DNA of 64,000 bases. Source: a virus (lineage: Duplodnaviria; Heunggongvirae; Uroviricota; Caudoviricetes). A program made the translations under genes and the position numbers. The stretch covers positions 17,261 to 81,260 of IMG/VR virus record IMGVR_UViG_2932604667_000002. One strand, written 5' to 3'. A model generated the notes under the pieces. That model did not search any database. It saw only the letters and a list, made by a program, of their open reading frames with translations, and was not told where the DNA came from. Numbering within the stretch: position 1 is the first letter of the stretch; every line of letters begins with the position of its first letter. Shown here piece after piece: positions 53,217 to 62,089 of the stretch.

Positions 53217-53420
53217 GGGGCGGCGCCCGCGAGCCTGGCTCCTCAGCTTGATCACGAGGTCATGCACTGCCCGTTCAAGGGCGTAGACATCCGGGTGCCG
53301 GTCTTCGCCGACCCACTCGGGGAGCTGCAGGAAGTTCGCCATCGCGTCCTCGTTGGACTGGGCCTCAACCAGCCGCGCCACGTACAGGTATGCCGCGCGC
53401 TTGGCCTGCTGCTGGTTCAC
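53208..53420 (-). CDS. hypothetical protein (70 aa, GTG)
   Basis: AAGGAAG SD; GTGA overlap. Confidence 0.5.
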   Translation of the reverse strand: MNQQQAKRAAYLYVARLVEAQSNEDAMANFLQLPEWVGEDRHPDVYALERAVHDLVIKLRSQARGRRPAT

Positions 53421-54304
53421 CCCGCGTCTTCCTTCTGAAGGTTGGCGGGGATCCGCTCGTGCCGGGTGGCGTACGCCGGGCCGCCGGCAGCGGCGGATCC
53501 GGCGTCGAGCACGGGCGCTGTCCTGGCTCCTGCCTTCGCGAGCCGGGCGGAGGCCGACCGGGTCACGAGCGGCGCCTTGGCGAACACCACTCCGCCGGGG
53601 GCGCGCTTGAAGTACTGGCCAGGGTGCTCGAGGTCATGGATGTCGACCTTCTCGGCGTCCGCGCCGAGGACCATGGTGGCAGTCAACTGGGACCGGGTGC
53701 GGAGCAGGTAGCGCGCGGTGAACTTCTCCCCGGTTGCGCCCCACGTGCGGGGGATGGCGACGGTCCCGTAGCGGGTGGCGAAGACGAGCGACACCGCGGC
53801 CTCCTGTCCGCGGTGGACGACTGAGCCGAGGTGGGCCGCGAGCTCGGCGCGGTCGGAGTGGACGGCGAGCGCGGCGGCCTCCGGCAGGACGTAGACGATC
53901 GCGGGCCTGTCGCAGGACGGGGTGAGCTTGTCCCGGCGGGCGAGGGTGTTGAGTCGGTGCTCGATGATATTGGTCAGTGCGGCCACCTGCCGGGCGGCCT
54001 CGTCGATGGTCGTTGCCGCCCAGTCGAGGCGGGGCATCCACGGCTGGAGGTGCCAGCCGTGGTGCAGCGGGTCGGCGCCCCAGATCATGGTGTCGGCGCA
54101 CCGGTGCAGGTTGGCGAGGGCGACGTAGACCATGTTGGTCAGGCCGCCGCCGCTTTCGGCGTCCATGAACCAGTGCTGGTGTAGCAGCGGCTGCTCATCG
54201 CGGGTGCCATCGTTGCGGGTGCCCGTGAGGAGCGGCTGGGTGATGCTGTGCGGCAGGTGCTGCTCGATGTCGCCGCCGAACAGGATCGCGCCGGTCGGGT
54301 TCAC
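53417..54304 (-). CDS. hypothetical protein (295 aa)
   Basis: GTGA overlap; replication-module context. Confidence 0.5.
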   Translation of the reverse strand: MNPTGAILFGGDIEQHLPHSITQPLLTGTRNDGTRDEQPLLHQHWFMDAESGGGLTNMVYVALANLHRCADTMIWGADPLHHGWHLQPWMPRLDWAATTIDEAARQVAALTNIIEHRLNTLARRDKLTPSCDRPAIVYVLPEAAALAVHSDRAELAAHLGSVVHRGQEAAVSLVFATRYGTVAIPRTWGATGEKFTARYLLRTRSQLTATMVLGADAEKVDIHDLEHPGQYFKRAPGGVVFAKAPLVTRSASARLAKAGARTAPVLDAGSAAAGGPAYATRHERIPANLQKEDAG

Positions 54305-54660
54305 TTCGCGTCCTCCTCCGACTCGGTGGCGTCCTCGATCTCCGCCAAGACCTTGCGGCCGCAGTCGAAGCGGGTTGCGTCCACCAGGGTGGCGCCGGGG
54401 ATGGAAGCCAGGGCCACCCAGCCCTCGGCCAGGGTGCGAAGCCGGGCGAGAGCGGCCTCGGCGAAGGCCAGGCGCTCATCGCGGGTCGGCTGGAGCGGGG
54501 CGACGGTCTCGCCCATCTCGACCCGGTGCGCGCGGTGGGCGGTCCGCTGCTTCCGGATGGTCTGGGTGCGGTCGGCCTTCCACTTCCCGCACATGCAGAC
54601 CAGACCGGAGCCGTCGCGCCCGTAGAAGCGGCGGGCGAGGTGCTGGCGCGTATTGGTCAT
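54301..54660 (-). CDS. hypothetical protein (119 aa)
   Basis: CMCGKW; ORF in operon. Confidence 0.5.
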   Translation of the reverse strand: MTNTRQHLARRFYGRDGSGLVCMCGKWKADRTQTIRKQRTAHRAHRVEMGETVAPLQPTRDERLAFAEAALARLRTLAEGWVALASIPGATLVDATRFDCGRKVLAEIEDATESEEDAK

Positions 54661-54680
54661 CTGGGATGTCTCCTTGGTGG

Positions 54681-54839
54681 TCAGCGTGAGGAGTCCGCGA
54701 TGGCGCCGCGTCGGGCGTCCCCGCGGCTGCGGCGCCGGCGGGGTCGGGAGTCGTGCCGTCCGGCGGCGTTGCTGCGGCGCAGCTCGGCGAGCCGGGTACC
54801 GGTCGTCTCACGGTGTGCCTGGGTGGTGCGGCGGGCCAT
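54681..54839 (-). CDS. small arginine-rich basic protein (52 aa; ARM-like)
   Basis: first gene after cassette 54858; AGGAGG SD; MARRTTQAHRETTGTRLAELRR...RPRRRRSRGDARRG. Confidence 0.45.
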   Translation of the reverse strand: MARRTTQAHRETTGTRLAELRRSNAAGRHDSRPRRRRSRGDARRGAIADSSR

Positions 54840-54857
54840 GGTGGTCCTCCTGCGATG

Positions 54858-54912
54858 GTCGGGTCGCTCTCCCAACGAACCTGATAGTACCGGTATTTAG
54901 GGCCGGTGGCGC
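54858..54912 (-). promoter_or_regulatory. promoter/leader-hairpin cassette
   Basis: core GTACCGGTATTTAG; upstream of ARM-like gene. Confidence 0.6.
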
Positions 54913-54974
54913 CCCCTGGCGGGGGTTCTTGTCGTTGAGGTTTTCCGGTGGGCAGGGGCAGGCCCTGGCCGCGG

Positions 54975-55742
54975 TCACCAGCCCGCGCGGGTCCGCCGGT
55001 CCGGGCCGGTGATTTGCACGACGGTGATCTGCTGGCTGATCCGGGAGATGATCCGCTCGTCGTACAGCCGCTCGAGTTCGGCCGGGCCGAGGTTCGTCGT
55101 GATGATCAGCCGCTTGCCCCGTCCGAGCCGGGGGGAGAACAGGTCGCAGAGCTCGCGCTGGACGAACTCGGTGGCGGCTCCGCGCTCAAGGTCGCGGTTG
55201 GCGCCCAGGTCGTCTACGAGCAGGTCCTGGACTCGCGCCGCGCCGTCGCGGACCTTCCACGCCGGTTCTGGTCCGCCGTCGGGCAGGAGCGCGTCCAGGT
55301 AGGACTTCTCCTTCCACGCCTTCACGGTGCGGCCCTGCTCGGCGAAGTGCCTGAGCAGGGCGAACGCCACGTGCGTCTTGCCGACGCCCGTGGCTCCGGA
55401 CAGCAGCAGCGTGCGGCCGTTCGGGTCCTCGGCCCACGCCCGGATCCGGGCGACGTGCTGGTGGCGCGGGTCGAGGGCATCCAGCGACGCCGTGGAGTAG
55501 TCCTCGTACGGCCAGGACGCCAGCAGCTTCTCCCAGCCCTGCGACGACGTCCGCGCCTGGAGCGCTGACACCTCGGCCCGTACCTGCTCGCGGTCCGGCT
55601 CGTCGTCGACCGCGTGCAGGTGCCCGCCACGTTCCCGGGTGATCCGGTCGCTCATCTCGCGTATCCGGGCCAGGCCCGAGGTCGTGCGCCCCTCGGCGCC
55701 CGGCTGCTCCCCGAGGACGTCACCGATGGTCATGTCACTCAC
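54975..55742 (-). CDS. DnaC/IstB-like AAA+ helicase loader (GTG)
   Basis: LLLSGATGVGKTHVAFAL Walker A, LLVDDLG Walker B; GTGA overlap with initiator gene. Confidence 0.7.
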   Translation of the reverse strand: MSDMTIGDVLGEQPGAEGRTTSGLARIREMSDRITRERGGHLHAVDDEPDREQVRAEVSALQARTSSQGWEKLLASWPYEDYSTASLDALDPRHQHVARIRAWAEDPNGRTLLLSGATGVGKTHVAFALLRHFAEQGRTVKAWKEKSYLDALLPDGGPEPAWKVRDGAARVQDLLVDDLGANRDLERGAATEFVQRELCDLFSPRLGRGKRLIITTNLGPAELERLYDERIISRISQQITVVQITGPDRRTRAGW

Positions 55743-57415
55743 TGCGCATCTCCTGCAACGCTGGGCCAGTCAGCCCACAGGTCGTCGTTCTCGGTTTCGT
55801 CGGAGGGTCCGCCCCAGTCGGGCGCGGACCCCTGGGAGCTGCCGGCGTGCTTGGCCGCCCACGCGGCCCAGTCGCCGCCCGAGCTCTGCTTCGCCGACCC
55901 GGCGGTGTCGGCCTCGCCAGGTGCATCGGCGCCGCGCTCGGCCGCCCACGCATCCCACGCCGCCGACGTCGACCCGTCGTGCCAGCCCTGGTTCGTGTAG
56001 GCCGTGCGCTGGGTCTGGGCCTGCCCGCCCAGCGCGCCGTGCAGCGCCCGCATGAGCAGCCACTGCGGCGGGACCAGCTCGGCCCGCCCGGCTGCGGCGA
56101 TGCTCTGGAGCGCCTCCCGCACCGACACCGGGGTGGCCGGGTTCTCGGCGGCCATCATCGGCGCCAGCAGGCCCTCGACCAGGGTGTCGTGGGTGCTGGT
56201 GCGGTCCGGGATCGGGCCGACCTTCGCGCACATGTCCAGCCACCAGGTCGCCAGCCGCTCAGCGGCGACGAGGGTCTCCTGCGGGGCCGCGTCAGCGAGC
56301 CGGGCCGGGCGTCGGCCGGCGTAGCGCTCGGCCTTGGTCTGCTCGCTCAGCATCCAGTTTTCCCAGGTCTGGCCCCACAGGGACTTCTTGCCGTCCTTCG
56401 TGTCGGCCTTGTCCCACCAGAAATTGCAGAACCGCATGTGCTCACGGTCGAGGTTCAGCGCCGGGGCGTGCTCGGCAGCCCAGGCCCGCATCTCGTCCAG
56501 GAGCGGGAAGTTCTCCGGCAGCGGGATGCGCGGCCGCCGCTGGCGGGACTTCCGGGAGGACTTCCCGCCCTCCCCGCCGCCGGTTGGCGCTTTGGCATCG
56601 CCAACAGCGTCCGCGTCCCGGTCCGCTTGGTCGTCGTCGATGTCGCGATGCCCAGACTCCAACCCGGGGACGAGGGTCAGGTGGGGCTGGCCGGGCTCCT
56701 CGTGTGCGCGCGCATGCGCGCCCACTACACCCCGAAGGGGTGTAGTGGGGGTACCGAAGTGAGAGGTACTGAAGGGGTCTTGTGGAGTGGACCCTTCCGC
56801 GTCCTCCAGTGGACCCTTTCCTTCGGATGGGTCTGCTGCGCTGGACCCTTCGGGCGAGATTGGGTCTGCTGAGTTGGACCCATCTTCCTGTGATGGGTCT
56901 GCTTGGCTGGACCCTTCCTGATGGGTCTGCTTGGCTGGACCCTTCTCGGATGGGTCTGCTGTAGTGGACTCTTCCGAGGTCTTGCCGTCGACCCCGTCGA
57001 TGTAGTTTTTGACGTCCTCGGCCGTCGGGATCGCGGGCACGCCGGCGAACCACTCGGCCCCCGGGCAGATGTCGCGGATGCCCTTGGCGATCTTCTGGGG
57101 GTCGGGGGCGTACAGGGTGGCGTCCCCGGCGGCCGGGAACGCCTTGTAGACCGTGCGGTGGCCGCGGTAGGCCCGTTCGGTCACCAGGACGTAGCCCATG
57201 GACTGCAGGTCGGTGAGGATGGCGGCGGCGCGGGCCTTCTTGACTCCGGCCCAGGCGCGGATGGCGGCCTGGCCCGGGAGCCCGAGTCGGGTCTCGTGGT
57301 CCGCGCTGTCGCAGATCTTCATGAGGGCGAGCTTGTGGGCGGGCGTGAAGTTGATTCCGCTCGGGTGCGGGCCGATGGGCAGGTACCCGGCGACGATCAT
57401 CAGGTGGGCGCTCAT
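55739..57415 (-). CDS. replication initiator (558 aa) with internal iterons
   Basis: N-terminal wHTH-like domain; central acidic repeat region encoded by tandem DNA repeats 56760-56990; followed by DnaC-like loader (lambda O/P-like layout). Confidence 0.55.
   Translation of the reverse strand: MSAHLMIVAGYLPIGPHPSGINFTPAHKLALMKICDSADHETRLGLPGQAAIRAWAGVKKARAAAILTDLQSMGYVLVTERAYRGHRTVYKAFPAAGDATLYAPDPQKIAKGIRDICPGAEWFAGVPAIPTAEDVKNYIDGVDGKTSEESTTADPSEKGPAKQTHQEGSSQADPSQEDGSNSADPISPEGSSAADPSEGKGPLEDAEGSTPQDPFSTSHFGTPTTPLRGVVGAHARAHEEPGQPHLTLVPGLESGHRDIDDDQADRDADAVGDAKAPTGGGEGGKSSRKSRQRRPRIPLPENFPLLDEMRAWAAEHAPALNLDREHMRFCNFWWDKADTKDGKKSLWGQTWENWMLSEQTKAERYAGRRPARLADAAPQETLVAAERLATWWLDMCAKVGPIPDRTSTHDTLVEGLLAPMMAAENPATPVSVREALQSIAAAGRAELVPPQWLLMRALHGALGGQAQTQRTAYTNQGWHDGSTSAAWDAWAAERGADAPGEADTAGSAKQSSGGDWAAWAAKHAGSSQGSAPDWGGPSDETENDDLWADWPSVAGDAQ
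56760..56990. repeat. about 7 tandem ~27-30-bp iterons inside initiator gene
   Basis: unit TGGACCCTTC-N-GATGGGTCTGCTG; each unit has GGACCC/GGGTCT dyad symmetry. Confidence 0.6.
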
Positions 57416-57827
57416 GAGGCCACCGCCAGCGCGCTGTGTGCACGGCCGGTCACGGCGCGGTGAGATCGGGGGGCGACGAGGAACTGTCGCGACGACACAT
57501 CGGTACCGGTTTGCGTGTCGCGGGTTGCGACCCAGCGCGCAACAGGTACCCTGAAGCCAAGCTTCATCGGGTTACTCGCTTTCCTAGCGATGGAGCGGCT
57601 CGAGAAGGGACCGCTAATCCCCTCGGGCCAGACACGGCGGCTGTTCGCCTTCGCCCGGTTCGCACCCGGGCGCGGACGAGCCGCCGTCGTCGTTTCTATG
57701 GACTTTTCATGGTGCTGCCTCTTCCGAGGCGTGAGGGAACCGTACCGCGCCTGTGGGGACTTTGTATCCCGACACACCGACCTTGGGGGCGTAGATCCGG
57801 TCGCAGTGGGTACCTCGTGACGTCGCA
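57416..57827. other. ~410-bp non-coding, lower-GC region upstream of initiator gene
   Basis: no credible ORF; contains GGTACCGGT, GTTGCG...CGCAAC palindromes and AGCAGGTATTTAGCC core-like box. Confidence 0.35.
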
Positions 57828-58232
57828 TCACACCTCACCGCCGTGCGTCGTGTGGGCTATGAGCAGGTATTTAGCCAAGTTCAGGCGGGCGAGCAGGTCC
57901 TCTTCGCCGGGGCCGGCAAGCGCCAGCGCCTTGTTGACGGCGATCTCGATGTCGGTCGGGTGCTGGCGTAGGTGCCGCCAGCCGTCGCCGTCGCAGTAGC
58001 GGGGGAAGCGGGACACCTCCGCGAGCCACTGCGCCGCCTGGTCCAGCTCCTCCGGCGTCGGCTGCCGGGAGGGGTCGTTGACGTAACCCGCGCTGGTCAG
58101 GGCCTTCAAGAACGCCCACAGGGCCGTGTCGAGGCGCTCCATGACCGGGACCGCCTCCAGGGTGCCGTCCATGAACGCGGTGTGCGCGGCAGCGAACGCC
58201 TCGTCCAGGGCGGGAGTGTGTGCGTCGGTCAT
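57828..58232 (-). CDS. hypothetical protein (134 aa)
   Basis: ATG overlapping exonuclease stop; C-terminal part of the spurious 411-aa ORF in the track. Confidence 0.5.
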   Translation of the reverse strand: MTDAHTPALDEAFAAAHTAFMDGTLEAVPVMERLDTALWAFLKALTSAGYVNDPSRQPTPEELDQAAQWLAEVSRFPRYCDGDGWRHLRQHPTDIEIAVNKALALAGPGEEDLLARLNLAKYLLIAHTTHGGEV

Positions 58233-59572
58233 GCGGCGGCCTCCATGGCGGTCTGCTTGGCGACGCGGACCGGCCGGACTTCGGTCCACACGTCGACTCG
58301 GAAGGGAAGCTCGATCTTGTCGAGCCAGGTCTGGAACTCCCCGCGGAGCGCGGGTGGCGAGGTCTCCCATTGCTGTCGCGCCTTGGCGACGGCGAGGAAG
58401 TAGGCCTTGTGGTCGGGCATCCTGCGGCGCCGCTCGGTGATGACCCACTTGCCGTAGGTGCCGTCGGGCAGTCCGGCGACGAGCGGGGCGGTGGCTTCGT
58501 ACTCGCGGACGGCTTCCTTGCGGTTTTCCTTCCACTCCCAGGTCAACGACGCCGCCCACTCGATCTTGGCGGCGTCGGGGTCTGGGCCGAGGATGGTGTA
58601 GCCCTGGGGGGAGCGGCCGGCGGCCTTGGCGGCGGGGATGTTCCAGCAGTGCGAGCGGAACGGGCACCGGTCGCAGATCGGGTCCCTGTCGGGGCCGCGG
58701 CCGTCGCGGGGCAGGTCGACGCCGAGTTCGATCGCGGCGGACAGCGCCTGGAGCTCGCCGAGGGCGGAGCGGGCGAAGTCCTCGTCGTAGGGCTCGGTGA
58801 AGACCTCGTTGTCGCCGTCCACGCGCGAGATGTAGTCGATCTCGATCCAGTCGACCGGTCGGCCTGTCGCGCGCATCCCGTAGCCGTAGACGGCCGCCTG
58901 CTTCCAGTGCTCGATCCGAGGTCCGTAGATGCCGATGTGCTCCCAGGCGTAGGCGCCGGCGGATTTGCGGTCGCCGACGATGGCGAGGATCTGGTCGTAG
59001 CGGTCGATGTGGCCGATGGCGTCCAGGCCGGGGATCGCAACCGGCAGCTCGTGCTGGACCCACTTGTAGAAGTGGGCGTCAGCGAGACGGCCCAGGTGGT
59101 GGAAGGCGGTGCCGAGGTCGGCGGCGGAGGTGTCGACCGGGTCCCGGACCAGGTCAAGCGGCGGATTGAGCCGGTATTGAACAGCGCGACGGCAGCGGCC
59201 GGAGTCGGAGGGGCGGACGCCCGTGCCGCTGGTCGCCTGCTCGCGCCGGTTGATCTCGTCCAAGTAGCGCTTGACGTCGTCACGGAACCGAGGCCGCGCG
59301 GCGAGCACCTGCTCGGCGAGCTTGTAGGCCGGGTGGGGCGCGTAGCGCTTGCAGCCGGTGTCCTTGTTGCCGCCGCCGCCCTTGGCGCCGGCGTGTTCGG
59401 TCAGGGGAGCCCCGCACATGCAGGGCGTGCCGCCGGGGGTCGGCTGGTACCCGGATTCGATGACGGTTCGGGCCGCGTTGATCGGAAGGCTCATGGGGCC
59501 TCCCACAGACTTTCGGGCATGCGTGTCTCCTGCTCGGCTGCCACCGGATCGCTCGGCCGGTGGTGTCGACAT
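58229..59572 (-). CDS. Cas4/RecB-family (PD-D/ExK) exonuclease (447 aa)
   Basis: C-terminal CDRCPFRSHCW Cys cluster typical of Cas4/RecB nucleases; recT nearby. Confidence 0.55.
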   Translation of the reverse strand: MSTPPAERSGGSRAGDTHARKSVGGPMSLPINAARTVIESGYQPTPGGTPCMCGAPLTEHAGAKGGGGNKDTGCKRYAPHPAYKLAEQVLAARPRFRDDVKRYLDEINRREQATSGTGVRPSDSGRCRRAVQYRLNPPLDLVRDPVDTSAADLGTAFHHLGRLADAHFYKWVQHELPVAIPGLDAIGHIDRYDQILAIVGDRKSAGAYAWEHIGIYGPRIEHWKQAAVYGYGMRATGRPVDWIEIDYISRVDGDNEVFTEPYDEDFARSALGELQALSAAIELGVDLPRDGRGPDRDPICDRCPFRSHCWNIPAAKAAGRSPQGYTILGPDPDAAKIEWAASLTWEWKENRKEAVREYEATAPLVAGLPDGTYGKWVITERRRRMPDHKAYFLAVAKARQQWETSPPALRGEFQTWLDKIELPFRVDVWTEVRPVRVAKQTAMEAAA

Positions 59573-60022
59573 GGGGTGGTGCTCATGGCCCGGACGCTAG
59601 ACCGGACCTGCGGTTACTGTCTGCGCTCACTCGTGTGCGCGCAGGTAGTTACCACGTTGAATCATGGTATCGCCATGACCCGGGCGGGTGGCAAGGCGTA
59701 CCCACGCAGGGAACGGACCTCTGCCTCAAGTGGACAGGGATCGAACATCTCGTAGCCGCGGGCGTAGTCAACCAGTTACCGTTCTTTGCGGAACTCGACA
59801 ACCGTCCAGGGGACTGGGGGGAGGGGGCGGCCAGCATGCTGAGCGTGAACGTCCCACTCCTGCTCACGACGCCCTTTTGGGAGATAGACCTCCGGTTGGC
59901 TGCCCATCGCGCACTCACCTCTGTCTGGGACTTCGCGGCGGACGCCTGGGACACGCTGCGAGGGCGATGCAGAGACCCTCTACGGGGGCACTTATCCCTG
60001 ACCAGCAAATGGCGGCACACCA

Positions 60023-60510
60023 TGACCGGTGACCAACGGGGCACAACCACCCCGCCAGAACAGGATCTCTCGCTGGCACAACGAACTACCCTGGCCCGGC
60101 GACTCGCGGCTCGGGACATCAGCGCTCACATGGCCTACGTGGCCGCACAGGACGCCGATGGTCTCGCCGAGTCGCTGGATCCATGCAAAACGCTGGACGT
60201 CCTCGCCCAGCGGTACCGGACCCTGGCAGTGCTCCACGCGCGGATCGTGAACGGCGCGAGCTGGGCACAGGTCGCCGGACGCCTCGGTATCGAGGCATCG
60301 ACCGCGCGGGCGCTGTATGAGGAACCCGAGAAGCGGTGGCGGCAAGGGGACCCGCGGCCGTGGGCGGTGCAGGCCGCTCGGCTCGCCCTGGCTGCCGCAC
60401 GCGCGGACCTGCCGCCGGCGGACCTGGACATCAACCCCGGCAACGCCGCAGACCTCGCGGCCGAACTCGAAAGGTTCGTGGCCGTCTACCCGTTCGAGGC
60501 GCCCGAGTAG
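60023..60510 (+). CDS. putative HTH regulator (sigma-70 region-4-like), 162 aa
   Basis: LAQRYRTLAVLHARIVNGASWAQVAGRLGIEASTARALYEE; atypical codon usage; longer ORF 59560..60510 possible; sits between exo and recT. Confidence 0.4.
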
Positions 60511-60553
60511 GCGCGCGGCCGACCCCGCCAGGTGGGCCAGCCGCGCGCACGGT

Positions 60554-62003
60554 TCAGGACACGTGTGTGGCGTCCTCAGCGGGGCGACCACACCCCGGAG
60601 CGGCACACTCGGCGCCGTCCTCGCCCTCCACGAACAGGTGCAGCGGTGACCCCTCCGCCTCCGCCTCCGCCTCCGCCGCGACGCGGCCCAGCAGCACCGG
60701 CACCGGAGCGATCAGCATCCGACCGGCCTCCCGGTACGCCTGCGCCTCCTCCGCTCTGCCGGACTTGGCGAGCAGGTCGGCGACTGCGTCCCGCATCGGC
60801 CCGACGATCGCGACCATCTCGGCGGCAGTCGCGTCGTCGAGGTTCTTTCTGAGCTGCCGGACGACGATGTTGCCGTACGGCTTGCCGATCGCCTCAGAGA
60901 TCATGGCGATCTCGTCGCGCATCCACTGGGCCAGCTCATCGGCGGTCGGCGTCTGCTCGCTGGCACCATCCGGCGTCGCGTCCTGCCCGGCCTCCTGGAC
61001 GTCGTCGGGGGCGACCTCCACCGTGACCTCCGCCGTGGTCTCCGTCGTGGTGTCCGGTGCGGGACTCGTGCGGGTCCGCATGCTGGGGACCTGGACGGCC
61101 GTCACCGCCGACCGGTACTTGTCCTGGCGGGCACGGACCCCATCGGCGATCTGCTCGCGGGCGGCCGTCGCGTCGGCCTGCATCATCTCCTCGTTGGTGT
61201 AGATCCCCGACAGCCGCTCCGGGCACGCCTTGCGCAGGACGAGCGCTTCGGCGCACTTCCCGGGCATCAGGGCCTGCCCCTTCTCCCACATCTCCGACAG
61301 CTCCATGGCGATGCTGCCGTCAGGGTTGTAGACCTTCTCCCGGTACCACTTGTCGTTCTTGGTCTGCTTCCACTCGCCCTTGGCGGGGAAGTACGGCGCG
61401 TACATCTTCCAGTTCGCGATTGCAGTGGTGACGGCGTCGTTACCGTAGGGGTCGTAGTGCTCGAGGACGGCCTTGGCCGCGCCCGGGTGGTCGCGGATGT
61501 CGGGCCACTGCTCCCACCAGATGCGCCGCATGACCAGCTCGCCGGTGCGGGGGTCCTCCACGGCCCGCCAGGAGGAGTCGTCGTCGTCGTCCCCGGTCCA
61601 GTAGATCGTTGCGCCGCCCTTGATGCGGCCGGTGTCGTTGGCGAGGATCCGGAAGCCGTCGATGCCGGTCTGAATCGTGAAACTCGCGTTGTCTCCGTCG
61701 CCGCGCTTGATCAGGTAGATCTGCCGCAGGAACGGGTTGAGACCCCTGGACGTGCATGCCTCAATGAACACCTCCATGTGAGGCCACGCCTGGCGGTCCA
61801 TCGGGTCGAAGTTGACGATGCCCTTGAACGCCTCCAGTTGGCGGGCGGTCATGTCGCCTATCCCCTGGTCGCGGCGAAACACCAAGACGCCACCGGAGGC
61901 GGGGGTGAAGGCGACCGCGCTCTCGGTGCGTTCGATGCCTTCGTCGTCGGGGATGGGGGCGTTCGGCTCGCGGGTCTGGACGGGCGATGCGTGATCGGCT
62001 GTC
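60554..62003 (-). CDS. recT: RecT-family single-strand annealing protein
   Basis: EVFIEACTSRGLNPFLRQIYLI...FTIQTGIDGFRILA matches the RecT core; AAAAAGGAGA SD directly after hairpin 62043; track start 62011 is a GTG. Confidence 0.7.
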
Positions 62004-62042
62004 ATGCACACTCTCCTTTTTAGGCCCGGTCGCTCTCCGGGC

Positions 62043-62063
62043 CTATCGTTGCTGGCAGGCGGC
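62043..62063 (-). promoter_or_regulatory. leader hairpin variant (stem GGCCCGG/CCGGGCC) upstream of recT
   Basis: GGCCCGG-TCGCTCT-CCGGGCC 12 nt before recT SD. Confidence 0.5.
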
Positions 62064-62089
62064 CTTTTGGTCGCCTCCCGCTCACCTCC

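Noticed and set aside
57828-59063. 411-aa minus ORF spanning the exonuclease gene in another frame
   Set aside because: N-terminal 270 aa are Arg/Pro-rich low-complexity overlapping the exonuclease; only the C-terminal 134 aa (57828..58232) looks like protein and starts at an ATG overlapping the exonuclease stop.
59560-60022. Longer form 59560..60510 of the + strand regulator
   Set aside because: N-terminal 150 aa overlap the divergent intergenic region with poor codon bias; the HTH-containing part from ATG 60023 is the conservative call.
1783-62063. Regularly spaced ~25-bp repeats as a CRISPR array
   Set aside because: Spacing is 0.4-4 kb with whole genes between copies; each copy has promoter architecture and sits upstream of an SD/start; no cas genes.
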